Assembly (NCBI GenBank): GCA_003696155.1
Contig: RFFP01000003.1
Location: forward strand, 10,645-74,644
DNA: 64,000 bases
Direction of reading: 5' to 3'
DNA from: Acidobacteriota bacterium
Lineage (GTDB): Bacteria; Aquificota; Aquificia; Aquificales; Aquificaceae
The notes below the pieces were generated by a model. That model had not been told where the DNA came from. It did no database searches and saw nothing but the letters and a program-made list of their open reading frames with translations. The position numbers and the translations under genes are program-made. Shown here one piece after another: positions 28,675-38,712 of this stretch (position 1 is its first letter; every line of letters begins with the position of its first letter).

Positions 28675-29973
28675 ATGGCGGATGTTATTATAGTGGGTAG
28701 ACCTAATGTGGGTAAATCTACTCTTTTCAATAGGTTGGTTAGAAGGCGTCAGAGTATAGTGCATGACCTTCCGGGTGTAACAAGGGACATGGTAGAAGGT
28801 AGTACAAGCTGGAGGGGTAAGAACTTTACGGTGGCGGATACGGGTGGGGTCTTGGAAAGGGGTGACCAGATAGGGGAGAGTATAAAAACCCAGGTACGAA
28901 GAGCTCTGTCCACCGCCAGAGTCATAGTATTCCTGGTGGATGGAAGGGAGGGCATAACCGCAGGTGACCTGTATCTGGCAGAGCTACTCTATCCACACAA
29001 GGACAGGGTTTTAGTTGGCGTCAACAAGATAGACAGTCCAAAGCTTGAGGACAGGATATACGAGTTTTATTCCCTTGGCTTTGAGAAGGTTCATCCCCTT
29101 TCTGCACAGCATGGAAAGGGTGTGGCAGAACTCCTCGATGAGGTTGTAAAGTACATACCGGAGGAAAGAGAGGAGGTAAAACTTGAAGGTGTGCGTATAG
29201 CTTTTGTGGGAAGACCCAACGTGGGCAAGTCTTCTTTGGTTAACGCCCTTCTTAAGGAGGAAAGGCTTATAGTCTCTCCAATCCCAGGGACTACAAGGGA
29301 TACCATAGAAGTACCCTTTTCCTTTGAAGGTAAGGACTTTATACTTGTGGATACGGCGGGAATGAGAAGAAGGACCAGGGTGGAGTACGGTGTGGAGTTC
29401 TTTTCGGTAGGTAGAACTATAAGGGCTATAGAGAGAGCGGATATACTCTGCTTGGTAGTTGATCTAGGGGAGGGTGTGGTGGACCAAGATAGAAGGATAG
29501 CAGGGCTTATAGAAAGAAGGTACAAGGGCTGTGTAATAGTGGGCAACAAGAGGGACCTTATAAAGGCCAAGGATAAGGAAATAAAGGAATACTTAAAAAG
29601 GGAGTTCTACTTTTTGGACTACGCGCCAATAGCCATAACATCTGCAATTAAAGGAGAGGGAGTGGAAGACATATTAAGAATGAGCACGCTCGTATGGGAG
29701 GACTATAACAAACAGCATAAGACTTCTTTCATAAACAGGGCTATAGAGAAGGTTATAGAGGAAAAGCATCCACCTTCCTACAAAGGAAAGGAGGTAAAAG
29801 TCTACTATGCCTTTCAAGAGGGGGTAACCCCCCCAACCATCGTGGTCTTTACCAACGACCCAAAACTATGGAGAGAGGATTATAAAAGGTTCTTTGAAAG
29901 AAGGCTAAGGGAGTACCTGGGTTTAAGACATTCACCTATTAAGCTGATACTCAGAGGTAGAGAAGAGGGTTAA
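28675..29973 (+). CDS. der: ribosome-associated GTPase Der (EngA)
   Basis: 432 aa. Tandem G domains (GRPNVGKSTLFN and GRPNVGKSSLVN) plus a KH-like C-terminus. Confidence 0.93.
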   Translation: MADVIIVGRPNVGKSTLFNRLVRRRQSIVHDLPGVTRDMVEGSTSWRGKNFTVADTGGVLERGDQIGESIKTQVRRALSTARVIVFLVDGREGITAGDLYLAELLYPHKDRVLVGVNKIDSPKLEDRIYEFYSLGFEKVHPLSAQHGKGVAELLDEVVKYIPEEREEVKLEGVRIAFVGRPNVGKSSLVNALLKEERLIVSPIPGTTRDTIEVPFSFEGKDFILVDTAGMRRRTRVEYGVEFFSVGRTIRAIERADILCLVVDLGEGVVDQDRRIAGLIERRYKGCVIVGNKRDLIKAKDKEIKEYLKREFYFLDYAPIAITSAIKGEGVEDILRMSTLVWEDYNKQHKTSFINRAIEKVIEEKHPPSYKGKEVKVYYAFQEGVTPPTIVVFTNDPKLWREDYKRFFERRLREYLGLRHSPIKLILRGREEG

Positions 29974-29984
29974 AATCTAAGGAC

Positions 29985-32900
29985 ATGATTGATAGCGTGT
30001 TCAAGGGTCTATGTCCTAACTGTGGTGGTGATATAACCTCAAACAGGCTTGAGCTTGGAATTCCCTGCGAGAGATGTATGCCCGACGGAGAAGTTTTGGT
30101 AGAGGGAGAGCTCTTAAGGCTAAAGAGAGTAGAGGCAAAGGTTAGGGAGTGGGAAGCCTTTTTTGAGGAGCGTATAGGCTTCAGTCCATGGAGCCTTCAG
30201 GTAAGCTGGGCAAAAAGGATACTTCTTGGCCACTCCTTCGCCCTCCTTGCCCCCACGGGCGTAGGAAAGAGTAGTTTTGGACTTTCTATGGCTACCTTCC
30301 TCGCCAGAGAAGGCAAGAGGTCCTACATTATCCTTCCCACAAGAATGCTTGTAGAACAGACGGTTAGAAAACTCTACAGCATGGGTCTATCTCATGATGA
30401 CCTTCTCTACTTTGGTGATGAAACCTCAAAGCGGAAGGAGATTAAGAAAGAGAGGCTTTTGAGAGGTGATTTTAAAGTGCTAGTAAGCACTTCCATGTTT
30501 CTCTACAAAAACCAGGATTCCATACCCAAGGACTTTGATTTTATTTTCGTGGACGATGTGGACTCCTTTTTAAAGACGGCCAAGAACGTGGATAAGGTGC
30601 TCTACCTTTTGGGCTTCCTTGAAGATGATGTAGAGCTAGCCATGAAGGTCATAAGGCTCAAAGAAGCAAGGAACAAGGAAGAAAAGGATTGGAAGGATAT
30701 AAAAGAACTCTCTGAAGAGCTAAGAAGAAGGTCCAAAAAGACAGGGGGTGTTCTTGTGGTATCTTCCGCCACATCAAGCCCTCGCTCGAGCAGGATAAAG
30801 CTCTTCAGGGAGCTCTTAGGTTTTGAGGTGGGTATGCCCACCTTTTACCTTCGTAACGTGGTTGACCTGTACACCCCCTTAAATCAAAAGACCGTAGAGA
30901 AGTGGGTCAAGAAGCTGGGCAAGGGTGGTCTTATCTTTGTCTCTTCAGACCTTGGAAAGGACCAAGTGGACAGGGTGGTAAATGAGCTAAGAAGCAAAGA
31001 TATAAAAGCGGTCTCCTATGAAGAGCTTAATGAGGAAGTTCTAAGGAAATACGAAGAGGGCGAGATAGACGTCCTTGTGGGCATAGCTTCGTACAGAAAT
31101 CCACTTGCCAGAGGCTTTGATATGCCCCACGCGGTAAGGTATGCCCTCTTTTATGGAGTGCCTAAGATGGTCATATCCCTAAAGTTTGAGAAGAGCCTTT
31201 CTCATCTCCTTTGGGCTCTGGCCTCCGTAAGGAGCCTCTTGGCGAAAAACATGCCGAGTAAAATAAAGGAGGTAGACCGTTGGCTAGAGCAGCTGAAGAG
31301 ATATCAGTATCTAAGCGAGGAGTATCTGAGCACAAAGCCCGAGCTGCAGAAGAAGGTGGACAGTTTGAGGGAAAGCATAGGGGAGTTTCTGAGCTCTGAG
31401 GATGTGCTTCGTCTTATAGAGACTTCGGAGGAGATAAGCCTAAGGAAGACACCAGAGGGCTATGTAATGGTATTGTCCGATGCTACGGGCTACCTTCAGG
31501 CAAGCGGCAGAACGTCGAGGATGTTTGCAGGCGGTATAAGTAAGGGTCTGAGCCTAACGCTTGTGGATGACCAGAGAGCCTTTAAGCATCTACAGAAAAA
31601 GGTAAGGTGGTTCAACGAGGAGCTAAACTTCAAAAGCCTTGAAGAGGATGAGCTCAAAGAGATACTGTTCCAGATAGACCAGAACAGGGAGAAGATAAAA
31701 AGGCTGATAAAGGGTGAGGAAAAGCCAGAGGGTAAAGAGCTCCTAAAACCCACTCTTATAGTGGTTGAATCCCCTAACAAGGCAAAAACCATAGCCAACT
31801 TCTTTGGAAGGGCTGTGGGAAGAAGGGTAGGAAACCATGAGCTTTTGGAAACATCTGTAGAGGACAGATACCTGATGATAACCGCAAGCCTTGGGCATGT
31901 GCTTGACCTTAGCAAGGAGGGTGGATTTCACGGAGTGGAGGTAAACCGGGGCGTGGTGCCCATCTACGAGCCCATTGAGGGCAAGGAAGAACTTCTCAAG
32001 AGTCTAGGAAGGATGGCTTTCGAGGCTCAGGAGGTTCTCATAGCTACAGACCCGGACACGGAGGGGGAAAAGATAGGGTGGGATATAGGGGAGCTCTTAA
32101 AGCCTATAAACGGGAACATAAAAAGGATAGAATTTCACGAGGTCACGAGGAAAGCCCTTATGAGAGCTCTTAAGGAACCTAGGGAGTTTGACCAAAACCT
32201 TGTGAAGGCTCAGATAGTCAGAAGGGTCGCAGACAGGTGGGTAGGCTTTGAGTTTTCAAGGCTTCTTCAAGAGCACTTTGGTAAGGCTTGGCTTTCCGCC
32301 GGTAGGGTTCAGACGCCCGTCCTAGGGTGGATAATCAAGAGGGAAGAGGAGTACAAGAGGAAGGTCTACAAGGTGACCCTATACCTTTCTCAGGATAGAA
32401 GGCTAAGGCTGGAGTGGGAGTTTCAAAACAAAGAGGAGGCTCAGCTCTTCTACGATAACTTGGAAAGCTGTTTTGTGGAGGTCATAGGAGAGAGAGAGGA
32501 AATTAAGAATCCACCAGCACCCTTTGCCACCCATACCATGCTCAAGGCTACCAGTGACCATTACCGTTGGTCTCTTCCCAAGACCATGAACCTGGCTCAG
32601 ACCCTCTTTGAGCTTGGCTTTATAACCTACCACAGAACTGACTCCACTAGAGTATCCGACTACGGGATAGGTGTGGCCAAGGAGTACATAAGGGAGGAGT
32701 TTGGAGAGGAGTACTTTAGCCCAAGAGGCTGGGCAGAAGGTGGAGCCCATGAGTGTATAAGGCCTACCAAACCCTTAGAGCCTGAAGAGCTCAGAGCTAT
32801 GGTTTACAGCGGTCAGGTAGAGGGGCTAACAAAGGAGCACATAATGCTCTATGAGCTCATATTCAGGCGGTTTATGGCAAGTCAAATGAGGGCTGTAAGG

Positions 32901-33407
32901 CTCAAAGTGTGGACGCTGAGAGTTTTGGCGGGGGCTAAGACTGCTCAGCTGGATGTTGCTGTGGAGGTATTGGAAGACGGTTGGAACAGGGTTTTAAGAC
33001 TTGAACTTTTCAGTCCAGAGCTTGGCTCTATTCCCTTGGAAGGAAGAAAGGAGATAAAGACCCAGCCCAAAGCTTACCTGTACACCCACGGTGAGCTTGT
33101 TCAGGAGATGAAGGAAAGGGGCATAGGAAGACCATCCACCTATGCAAGCATAGTGGAAAAGCTTATGGAAAGGGGCTATGTTATTGAAAACAAGGGCTTT
33201 CTAATTCCCACCAAGCTAGGAAAGGAGATATACGCCTATCTGAGTCAGAGGGAGGACATACACCTGTTCCTCAGGGAAGAATTCACCAGCCATCTGGAAG
33301 AGCTTATGGATAAGGTAGAAGAGGGCAAAGAAGATTACATTGCCCTCCTTAAGGACCTTTACAAAGATATAATAGAAGTTGAAAAAAAGCTGGAGGTGGT
33401 GCTATGA
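29985..33407 (+). CDS. rgy: reverse gyrase
   Basis: 1140 aa. N-terminal Zn ribbon CPNCGG...CERC, helicase-like P-loop APTGVGKS and DDVD box. It is fused to a type IA topoisomerase module: TOPRIM VVESPNKAKTI, DPDTEGE, active-site Tyr context ITYHRTDS. Confidence 0.95.
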   Translation: MIDSVFKGLCPNCGGDITSNRLELGIPCERCMPDGEVLVEGELLRLKRVEAKVREWEAFFEERIGFSPWSLQVSWAKRILLGHSFALLAPTGVGKSSFGLSMATFLAREGKRSYIILPTRMLVEQTVRKLYSMGLSHDDLLYFGDETSKRKEIKKERLLRGDFKVLVSTSMFLYKNQDSIPKDFDFIFVDDVDSFLKTAKNVDKVLYLLGFLEDDVELAMKVIRLKEARNKEEKDWKDIKELSEELRRRSKKTGGVLVVSSATSSPRSSRIKLFRELLGFEVGMPTFYLRNVVDLYTPLNQKTVEKWVKKLGKGGLIFVSSDLGKDQVDRVVNELRSKDIKAVSYEELNEEVLRKYEEGEIDVLVGIASYRNPLARGFDMPHAVRYALFYGVPKMVISLKFEKSLSHLLWALASVRSLLAKNMPSKIKEVDRWLEQLKRYQYLSEEYLSTKPELQKKVDSLRESIGEFLSSEDVLRLIETSEEISLRKTPEGYVMVLSDATGYLQASGRTSRMFAGGISKGLSLTLVDDQRAFKHLQKKVRWFNEELNFKSLEEDELKEILFQIDQNREKIKRLIKGEEKPEGKELLKPTLIVVESPNKAKTIANFFGRAVGRRVGNHELLETSVEDRYLMITASLGHVLDLSKEGGFHGVEVNRGVVPIYEPIEGKEELLKSLGRMAFEAQEVLIATDPDTEGEKIGWDIGELLKPINGNIKRIEFHEVTRKALMRALKEPREFDQNLVKAQIVRRVADRWVGFEFSRLLQEHFGKAWLSAGRVQTPVLGWIIKREEEYKRKVYKVTLYLSQDRRLRLEWEFQNKEEAQLFYDNLESCFVEVIGEREEIKNPPAPFATHTMLKATSDHYRWSLPKTMNLAQTLFELGFITYHRTDSTRVSDYGIGVAKEYIREEFGEEYFSPRGWAEGGAHECIRPTKPLEPEELRAMVYSGQVEGLTKEHIMLYELIFRRFMASQMRAVRLKVWTLRVLAGAKTAQLDVAVEVLEDGWNRVLRLELFSPELGSIPLEGRKEIKTQPKAYLYTHGELVQEMKERGIGRPSTYASIVEKLMERGYVIENKGFLIPTKLGKEIYAYLSQREDIHLFLREEFTSHLEELMDKVEEGKEDYIALLKDLYKDIIEVEKKLEVVL

Positions 33408-33799
33408 TACTTCATCCCCTTTTTTCCTATCCTACCCTTCTCCTTGCTATTGTCGTATTTAGCCTCTATTTAGTTGGTACCATTAAAGGTGGAGGCCTTC
33501 TAAGGTATGCTCTTTATCTTAATGGACTGCTCATAGTTTTTGCCCTTCTTTCTGTGATATTTGGCTTTGGCGTTTCCAGCGTGCCTTTGGTACAGTCCAA
33601 GACACCCTTGATATGGGGCTTCCCACACAAGTGGAACGGTGTTTTCCTGCTCCTTGTGTCCGTACTTAGCTTTTTGGTCTTTTGGTTCAAAGGGGAAACC
33701 GTGGGTAAAAAGGTCCTTATACTACCTGCAGCTGGGCTTTTAGTAGCAATTTTTCAGCTCTTCACCGGTTGGATGCTAAGGCTTGTGTTTTTCTCATGA
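33404..33799 (+). CDS. hypothetical 4-TM membrane protein
   Basis: 131 aa with four hydrophobic segments. The start overlaps the rgy stop (ATGA) and its own stop overlaps the next ATG (ATGA). Confidence 0.45.
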   Translation: MILHPLFSYPTLLLAIVVFSLYLVGTIKGGGLLRYALYLNGLLIVFALLSVIFGFGVSSVPLVQSKTPLIWGFPHKWNGVFLLLVSVLSFLVFWFKGETVGKKVLILPAAGLLVAIFQLFTGWMLRLVFFS

Positions 33800-34121
33800 A
33801 GGTTTTTGTCCTCCTTCTTGTCCTTATTCTACAAGCTACAGCCAAGGAGATTATCTTCGTCCCCTTGCCCATACAACCTAAAAAGATAGGCTTATAGGCT
33901 CCCATATGCCCCTTGTAGAGTACTTAAGGAAGAAGACAAACCTTAACATAACTCTGATTTATGAAGAGGATAACAGCAAGCTTCTTGAGAAGTTCAAGGC
34001 TGGCAAGGTGCACATGTTCACCGCAGGACCTCTGCTCTATTACGTCCTTAAAAAGGAGTTTCCTCATGCAGAGGCTCTGGTTCATATTAATGAGGATCTT
34101 AAGGTTATACAAAAGCTATGA
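33796..34121 (+). pseudogene. frameshifted and truncated remnant of a PhnD-like periplasmic substrate-binding protein gene
   Basis: Frame 1 from ATG 33796 reads MKVFVLLLVLILQATAKEIIFVPLPIQPKKIGL*, a signal peptide plus the first beta strand. Frame 0 opens at 33882 and reads KDRLIGSHMPLVEYLRKKTNLNITLIYEEDNSKLLEKFKAGKVHMFTAGPLLYYVLKKEFPHAEALVHINEDLKVIQKL*. Joined, the two pieces match the N-terminal ~100 aa pattern of PhnD-type binding proteins. The frame switch lies at an A5 run (33880-33884). The remaining ~150 aa of the domain are absent. Confidence 0.45.
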
Positions 34122-36055
34122 AAAGCACATTCCAAAGATTCCATAGTAGCCTTTTTAGACTTTTATGGACCTACCCCCTTGCCCTTAGCTCTCTGGTTTT
34201 TTTACTCCTCTCCAGCATCTTCTCCCTTTACTTTTGGAGCGTATACAAAAGGGAGGTGGATTCAGACTTAGAGAACACCACCAAGGAGCTAAGACACATC
34301 TGGACCGCCATAAGCAAAGCTCATGAGGATATGGTCCTACACTACTACAGGACCTTTACGGAGGACGAGAAGACCCTGAGCTACCTTAGGATGGCTCTTT
34401 CAAAAGACGAGAGAAGCCTTGCCCTTGCGAGGGCAGGCCTGTACAGGCATCTTTGGAAAAGTTACGAGGAAATGAGTGATAGATTTTACATAAAACATCT
34501 TACCTTTGTATTGCCCGATAACCTTGTTTTTTTGCGTTTCCACGCTCCGGAGCTCTACGGAGATGACGTAGCCTTACTACGTCCAGACATAGCCCTTGTG
34601 AACGAAAAGAAGGAGCCCACAAGCTCCTTTTTAGTGGGGGATGTAACCTCGGGGTATTGCTACGTCTTTCCCATCTTTGACGGTGAGAGACATCATCTGG
34701 GTACGGTTTCCTTTTGCAAGTCCACGGAATCCATAAAAGGGGTTTTGATGGAGCTCTTTCCAGACAAGGATTTTTATCTTCTTGTTATGGAAGAGGTAGT
34801 AAGAAAGAGGGTATTGGAGGAATACCGTTGGCTTTACCGTCCTATTAAGGGGTTAAAGGGTTGGCTAATAGAGAAACCAGAGGGAGAATTGTACTCATTG
34901 CTAGAACATGAGGGTGTGTTGAAAGAGCTCATAAAAAAGAGGCTTCCCAGCCTGATGGAATCTAAAAAAGACTTTACCCATCAGCTTATTCTTAATAAAA
35001 AATACTACAGGCTAACCTTCTTGAGGCCCTCTGAAAAGTATGGTCAAAGCCACGCTGTAACCCTCTTAATTCTTTCACCGGCACCAGAGCTTGCCCTGGC
35101 TTATAGTAGGTTCCTAAACAGCCTGTTCACCTCTTTATCCTTCAACTTTGTCATCTCTGGCATACTTTACCTTTATTTTAAAAAGGTACATACGATTAGA
35201 GAGCAACAGGAGAAGCTTGAAACCATAACATCGGTAATGGGTGGCGGTCTCTTTGTATTAGACAGACATGGTGTTGCAGTTTATGTAAACCAGACTGCTT
35301 GCCATATGCTCGGCTACTCTAGTGAAGAGCTCTTAGGTAAGGTGGTTCACGACATTATACACGTCCACAGGGGTGATATTCATGAATGCCCCATATTCAA
35401 GGCTACAGCGGAGGGTAGAGGGCTTGATTATGACGATAGCTTTATACGTAAAGATGGTTCCCTTTTGGACGTGCACATAAGGGTGAGGCCTATTTTTGTG
35501 AACCATAAGTTTTCAGGCTCGGTGGTTCTCTTTTATGACATAAGCGAAAGAAAGAAAAAGGAGGAAGAGCTGTACAAACTTGCCATTACAGACCCACTCA
35601 CTGGTCTTTACAACAGAAGGTTTATGCTTGACCAGCTTATGCGGGTAAAGCTTATGGCGGAGAGATATTCTATCCCTTTCAGCGTGCTTTTTATTGACCT
35701 GGACAACTTCAAGAAGATAAACGACATCTACGGTCATGAGATGGGTGATAGGGTTTTGAAAGCTACGGCCAATGTTATCAAAAGCTGTCTCAGAAGGACG
35801 GACATACCATCAAGATGGGGTGGTGAGGAGTTTTTGGTCCTTCTTGAAAATACAGGTCTTCAGGAGGCTGTGGATGTGGCTGAACGGATCAGAAAGGAAA
35901 TTGAGACGGAGCCCGTAGAAGGGTTCTTAAAAATAACCATAAGCATAGGGGTAGCCCAGTATTCAAAAGGGGAGGACGTAGATTCTCTTATAGATAGGGC
36001 GGATAAGGCTCTCTACAGGGCAAAGGCCACCGGAAAGAACCGAGTGAGCACGTAA
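34118..36055 (+). CDS. membrane sensor diguanylate cyclase (periplasmic Cache-like domain, PAS, GGDEF)
   Basis: 645 aa. TM1 at ~17-45, a ~290-aa extracytoplasmic region (LRFHAPELYGDDV... is Cache-like), TM2 at ~335-355, and PAS (GLFVLDRHGVAVYVNQ). The GGDEF domain has an intact active site and I-site: RRTDIPSRWGGEEF. Confidence 0.8.
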   Translation: MKSTFQRFHSSLFRLLWTYPLALSSLVFLLLSSIFSLYFWSVYKREVDSDLENTTKELRHIWTAISKAHEDMVLHYYRTFTEDEKTLSYLRMALSKDERSLALARAGLYRHLWKSYEEMSDRFYIKHLTFVLPDNLVFLRFHAPELYGDDVALLRPDIALVNEKKEPTSSFLVGDVTSGYCYVFPIFDGERHHLGTVSFCKSTESIKGVLMELFPDKDFYLLVMEEVVRKRVLEEYRWLYRPIKGLKGWLIEKPEGELYSLLEHEGVLKELIKKRLPSLMESKKDFTHQLILNKKYYRLTFLRPSEKYGQSHAVTLLILSPAPELALAYSRFLNSLFTSLSFNFVISGILYLYFKKVHTIREQQEKLETITSVMGGGLFVLDRHGVAVYVNQTACHMLGYSSEELLGKVVHDIIHVHRGDIHECPIFKATAEGRGLDYDDSFIRKDGSLLDVHIRVRPIFVNHKFSGSVVLFYDISERKKKEEELYKLAITDPLTGLYNRRFMLDQLMRVKLMAERYSIPFSVLFIDLDNFKKINDIYGHEMGDRVLKATANVIKSCLRRTDIPSRWGGEEFLVLLENTGLQEAVDVAERIRKEIETEPVEGFLKITISIGVAQYSKGEDVDSLIDRADKALYRAKATGKNRVST

Positions 36056-36096
36056 AAGCCTTGAAGTGTCAGACCTTCGATATACCTTTATACAAC

Positions 36097-38013
36097 ATGC
36101 TGGAAAGGTACAGGATTTTAAAGGACTACCAAGGACCCTTTGACCTCAGAAAGCTAAGCTACAAGGAACTTGAGAAGCTCTCTGAGGAGGTTCGGGACTA
36201 TATCCTAGAGGTAACCGCAAAAAACGGCGGACATGTGGCACCCGGTCTTGGTGTGGTAGAGCTAACTATAGCCCTTTTAAGGGTCTTTGAACCACCAAAG
36301 GACATAGTTGTGTGGGATATTGGACATCAGGCCTACCCGTGGAAAATACTCACCGACAGGAAGGAGCTATTTCCCACTTTAAGACAGTACGGGGGTATAT
36401 CGGGATTTCTGAAGAGGGAGGAGAGCCCCTTTGATGCCTTTGGGGCAGGGCATAGCTCTACCTCCCTCTCCGCTGCCCTTGGCTTTAGGGTGGGCTATGA
36501 CCTCCTAGAGGAAAAGGACAGGTACGTTGTGGCCGTTATAGGTGATGGGGCTATGACGGCGGGCATGGCCTTTGAAGCCCTGAACAATGCAGGACATATC
36601 AAACCCAATAGGTTCATAGTTATACTCAACGACAACGAGATGTCCATATCTCCAAATGTGGGAGCCATATCAACCTACCTTAGCAAGATAATAAGCGGGC
36701 GCTTTGTGCAAGACACGAGACAGAAGGTCAAGCATCTTCTGGAACATTTGGGTAGTCCTGCGCTGAGAATCGCCAAGCTCACAGAGGAGTTTATAAAAGG
36801 CCTGATATCACCGGGTGTAATCTTTGAAGAGCTTGGCTTTAACTATATAGGACCGATAGACGGGCATGACCTTCCAGCCTTAGAGAGGACCCTAGAGAAC
36901 CTAAAACACGTAGAAGGTCCAGTGCTTCTTCATGTTTACACCAAGAAGGGAAAGGGTTACAAACCGGCAGAGAGTGATCCAGTAACCTGGCATGGTGTAG
37001 CTCCATACAAGAGGGAATCGGGAGAGTTCATAAAAAAGCCATCACCACCCACATGGACCTCAGTCTTGGGAAAGGCAGTTGTAGAACTTGCACAGATGGA
37101 TCCAAACCTTGTGGTCATAACTCCTGCCATGAAGGAGGGCTCGGGTCTTGTGGAGTTTAGTCAGAGGTTTCCTGAAAGGTTCTTTGATGTGGGTATAGCG
37201 GAACAGCATGCCTGCACCTTCGCCGGAGGCCTTGCCTGTGCAGGGCTTAAGCCCATAGCCTGCTACTACTCTACCTTTCTCCAAAGGGCTTACGACCAGG
37301 TTGTACACGATATAGCCCTACAGGACCTTCACGTGATCTTTGCCATTGATAGGGGTGGGCTCGTAGGGGAAGATGGACCCACCCATCATGGAGCCTTTGA
37401 CCTATCTTACCTCAGATGTATACCCAATATGGTGGTGAGCTCACCAAAGGATGAGCAGGAGCTCCGAGACCTTCTTTACACAGCCCTAAGGTGGAACGGG
37501 CCCTTCGCCATAAGGTATCCGAGGGGTCCAGCCTATGGCATGCCTACGGAAGGTTTTAAGGAAATCCAAGTTGGAAGCTGGGAGCTCCTAAAAGAGGGCA
37601 AGGATGGGGTCATACTTGCGGTGGGCTACTGCGTATATCAGGCTCTGAAAGCTTCTGAGGAGCTGGAAAAGGAGGGTATAAGCCTTGGTGTGGTTAACGC
37701 AAGGTTTGTCAAACCCATGGATGAGGAGATGCTTCAAAAACTCTCCGCGAGCTGTGAGCTCTTTATAACTGTCGAAGACAACACGGTGGTAGGGGGCTTT
37801 GGTTCTGGAGTGCTTGAGTGGTTCTCAAACAGGGGCTACCTCAAAAAGGTTCTTACCCTTGGCATACCAGACAATTTTGTTGAGCATGGAAAACAGGATA
37901 TTCTAAGGAAAAGGGTAGGTATAGACGCAGAGGGTATAAAGGAGAGGATCCTGAACTTTCTGAAAAGGCCCTTACCTGAGACTGCATTGGACAAAGTAGT
38001 CTTTGATAGATGA
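36097..38013 (+). CDS. dxs: 1-deoxy-D-xylulose-5-phosphate synthase
   Basis: MLERYRILKDYQGPFDLRKLSYKELEKLSEEVR is the typical N-terminus. Also GHSSTSLSAALG and the TPP motif GDGAMTAGMAFEALN. The ORF-track TTG start at 36061 is probably an extension. Confidence 0.93.
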   Translation: MLERYRILKDYQGPFDLRKLSYKELEKLSEEVRDYILEVTAKNGGHVAPGLGVVELTIALLRVFEPPKDIVVWDIGHQAYPWKILTDRKELFPTLRQYGGISGFLKREESPFDAFGAGHSSTSLSAALGFRVGYDLLEEKDRYVVAVIGDGAMTAGMAFEALNNAGHIKPNRFIVILNDNEMSISPNVGAISTYLSKIISGRFVQDTRQKVKHLLEHLGSPALRIAKLTEEFIKGLISPGVIFEELGFNYIGPIDGHDLPALERTLENLKHVEGPVLLHVYTKKGKGYKPAESDPVTWHGVAPYKRESGEFIKKPSPPTWTSVLGKAVVELAQMDPNLVVITPAMKEGSGLVEFSQRFPERFFDVGIAEQHACTFAGGLACAGLKPIACYYSTFLQRAYDQVVHDIALQDLHVIFAIDRGGLVGEDGPTHHGAFDLSYLRCIPNMVVSSPKDEQELRDLLYTALRWNGPFAIRYPRGPAYGMPTEGFKEIQVGSWELLKEGKDGVILAVGYCVYQALKASEELEKEGISLGVVNARFVKPMDEEMLQKLSASCELFITVEDNTVVGGFGSGVLEWFSNRGYLKKVLTLGIPDNFVEHGKQDILRKRVGIDAEGIKERILNFLKRPLPETALDKVVFDR

Positions 38014-38712
38014 AAGTATCTGCTTAAACTCTTCGTCAGAGTACGTGCTCCTGTTTGAAAAGTTTGGGTCAAGTGTCTTTCCTGGTATGAACTTTTGAAG
38101 GTAGTACTTTTTAGCACCCTTTATTAGCTCCACTATCTGTAGGATATCTTCTTTGCTCAACTGCTCCTTCACCACAGTAGTCCTAAACTCATACTCTACC
38201 CCTGAGGTCATTATAAGCCTTATGCTCTCCAGAAGGCTTGGCTTATCAACCTTAACGCCTACAACCTCGTCATACTTGACGAGGGGTGCCTTTATATCCA
38301 TGGCCACATAGTCAACAGCCCCCTCATCGATAAGTCTCTTTAGTACCTTGGACATACTCCCGTTGGTATCTAACTTAACCAGATAACCCATCTTTTTAAC
38401 TTCACTTATGAAACTATCAAGACCGACTTGTATGGTGGGTTCACCACCTGTTATGACAACCCCTTCAATAAGACCTACCCTTCTTTCTAAGAACCTTAAA
38501 ATCTCATGGACCGGTATCAACTCCCCAAATTTTTCTGGTAAAACCAGCTCTACGTTGTAACAGTATCCACACCTAAAGTTACATCCCTGGGTAAAGATGA
38601 CGCAGGCGGGCTTGCCTGGATAGTCTATCAGGCTCAAGCTTTGAAGCCCCCCCACCTTAAGACGGCACAAAGGATGCTTGCTCTTAAAATCTACGCCCGC
38701 TATGCTTTTCAT
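37972..38712 (-). CDS. nrdG: anaerobic ribonucleotide reductase activating protein (radical SAM)
   Basis: 246 aa. CNFRCGYCYN radical-SAM cluster motif and GVVITGGEP. The start overlaps the nrdD stop by 4 nt. Confidence 0.85.
   Translation of the reverse strand: MKSIAGVDFKSKHPLCRLKVGGLQSLSLIDYPGKPACVIFTQGCNFRCGYCYNVELVLPEKFGELIPVHEILRFLERRVGLIEGVVITGGEPTIQVGLDSFISEVKKMGYLVKLDTNGSMSKVLKRLIDEGAVDYVAMDIKAPLVKYDEVVGVKVDKPSLLESIRLIMTSGVEYEFRTTVVKEQLSKEDILQIVELIKGAKKYYLQKFIPGKTLDPNFSNRSTYSDEEFKQILSSIKDYFVQCSLR

Noticed and set aside
29960-29984. TAAAAT box 8 nt upstream of the reverse gyrase ATG, as another leaderless promoter
   Set aside because: It lies within the last codons and stop of der, and the genes are only 11 nt apart. 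Co-transcription with der is at least as likely, so I did not count it among the leaderless candidates.
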